NCBI GenBank assembly: GCA_010405405.1
Contig: MU004241.1
Coordinates: forward strand, 793,373-857,372
Reading direction: 5' to 3'
From: Microthyrium microscopicum
Taxonomy: Eukaryota
DNA: 64,000 nt
The notes under the pieces were generated by a model. That model made no database searches. It saw nothing but the letters and a program-made list of their open reading frames with translations, and was not told the DNA's origin. Shown in pieces: positions 61,862-64,000 of the stretch (its first letter is position 1; each line of letters begins with the position of its first letter). The translations under genes were made by a program, and so were the position numbers.

Positions 61862-62963
61862 GTTCGAACCAAGCACGACTTGAAGACCTTGACGACCCAC
61901 ACGCAATCCATGGGAGTAAGACTGGATCTCGCTCTCTGCTTTTCAGACTGTACCATAACGCCCGGCGGTACTCTTCTTTGCCTTGGAATCGAGTACCAAA
62001 TCCAGGCGGCGGCTGCTGTTGTGCCTTTAATCTAATGCTCACCCTGTTACCATTTACTGTATTTTTAGCGACCGATTTGTCTGCTTTTTATCAAGATACC
62101 TCTTGCTGTTGTTGTAGTTTGGCTGGCACTTTTGTCCTCAGGGGGTTTTAGAGGAGTGTTGCTGATAACGTTCACTTGTTGTTTGTATTTATAGCATGTA
62201 TTTTATGACTACTTCGAACTTTTGAGAGCAAATTCAAAATGTAGCTCCATCACTTCAGGTTTCATCCGTGTTGACTTTGGTATTACACCGACCAGCTAGG
62301 AAGAATAGATGCAGGTCTACAACAACAGATATTCTGAGCCTCTTCGAAATGAAAGCGCAGTTGCTTACAACCTGGTTTAGCTTCATGTTTTACTACCTTC
62401 TGCATAGAACGCTCAGTTTATTACTCGTAGGTCTCTGGGTGGTAAGTCGGACTACACCACCAGAGAATATGATACCTAAGTCCTTCAGACGTAGCATTGC
62501 TGACTATTGCTTTGATTATTGAAAAACTTATTTCGACTTGTCCAAGAGCCCTTCTGTTGTTCATTCTTAAAACAATATATCTCGAGGCAGTTGCCATGCA
62601 ACAACCCCTTGTCCTTCCCAAACCAGGAACCCCCGCCTATGTGCAACTTCGTTTCCAGGTCATCCGTCTCTAACCACTCAACACCAAGCTCCTCCAAGAC
62701 CTTTTCTCTGACCAAAACACTGCCTCGTTCAAAGCATCGAAACACCTGATCAATCACACACTTCATAAACTACTTGCAACAAGCCCTTTGCTGATCCCAC
62801 GACTCTTCAGGAGCTCAAGCCGCCTGCATTACATCCGCATATAAACACTCACAGCTCCCCCAAGCTCCCCCTTTCTCTCCCATCCCCGCACTCCTCTCAC
62901 CACCAAACAAACAACAACCACACCAAACCAACTTTACCAAAATACAACCCCATCCAAACCAAA

Positions 62964-63469
62964 ATGGCAACCACAGCCCCACCACCCCTCTCCACCTCAC
63001 CCATCGAAACCCCCATCGACGAAACCCCCATCTCCCCCGCCCACGCCTCATCCACCCTCTCCAAAGCCCTCCCCGCCCGTCCCGACCCCCAAGACCTACG
63101 CAACCGCAACATCCTGCACGCCACCAGCGCCGCGCCCGCCCTCCAATCCGCACAAGCAGAGCTGGAACGCCAGCGGATCGCAGACAGCGTCAAGAAAGGG
63201 TTGGCGAAGAGGAGTGATCGCGAATCGTTGGTGGAAAGAAATATTCTGCCGGAGACGAGTGCGGCGCCGGCGCTGATGAAGAGTCAAAGGGAGTTGCAGA
63301 AGAATTTGAGGAGGGATAGTTTGGATCGACAGTTGCAGGGTCGGCCGGATGTGGGGAGTTTGATTGAGAAGGGGATATTGGCTGGTGAGTAGTGTGATGT
63401 TTGTGAGTATGGCAAGGGTGAGGCTAATTGGGGGCAGAGGAGGAGGATCCACGGAAGGCGGATGAGTGA
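62964..63469 (+). CDS. RPEL-repeat protein, 2 exons
   Basis: Three L...L..RP...L..(R/K)(N/G)IL units. An intron at 63385-63437 is followed by EEEDPRKADE*. Confidence 0.9.
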
Positions 63470-64000
63470 GTGAATGGTTGTTGTTGTTGATGGGAGGAGT
63501 GGTTAAGGGCGTTATGGATAGCTGGGACGCGGCAGAAGATTGGTTCTCGGCGATGGGATATGATTAACGGAATGATATGGTACTCAAGAATAGCTTTATA
63601 TGAAAGATGACACTGAATGAAATGAAGCTTTTTTTAATGGAATGGCGATCTATGCGTGATATCATATGTTCAGCTCATCTAAAGTATCAAACGGGGCACT
63701 CATTGGGAGCAATGTCGCGGGACTATCACAAACATTAGACCATACTAGGGGCATCAACCTTCCCTCATTGTAAAGATATCCTCCACGTATCAATTACCAT
63801 CAATGTCAAAATTTGAAGAGCAGCGAACTTCTTTTCTCAATTACCCAAACCTTGTGGCAGAAAAGGGGTATCAATATGGTATTATGCCCATTTCCCAAGG
63901 ACCGCCATAAGACCTATTTCGAGATTAGTATATATTCCAAACAAGGATATGTCAATCTTACCAGCACCCAAACACATTTGTACAAAAGCAGTCAACACCA

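Overview
Intron-rich, gene-dense genomic DNA from a filamentous ascomycete (Pezizomycotina; retention of HOP2 and the intron style suggest a non-Sordariomycete such as a Dothideomycete, which is inference). Bases 1-~4715 are an AT-rich transposon relic with a strong RIP signature, ending in a hAT-like terminus. The rest holds about 26 protein genes. Most are conserved housekeeping genes: HPC2, CBP6, BSD2, HNT1, EFM5, LACTB2-like, complex I NDUFA11, nudC, RPL32, ELG1, ELYS-like, HOP2, a Chs4-like SEL1 protein, a GH18 chitinase and an RPEL protein. Accessory-looking loci are interspersed: a frameshifted HET remnant beside a divergent intronless kinase, a GPI Cu-only SOD, an S41 peptidase with a 10-Cys tail, a flavin monooxygenase, and an NACHT-ankyrin NLR with a ZZ-like zinc finger inside its NTPase region. 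The most unexplained signal is a ~520-bp non-coding stretch (29065-29583) made of closely spaced hairpins. A 68-aa three-exon gene missed by the ORF track lies at 24284-24594. Exon boundaries were read by eye, no database search was run, and no tRNA, rRNA or CRISPR could be supported.
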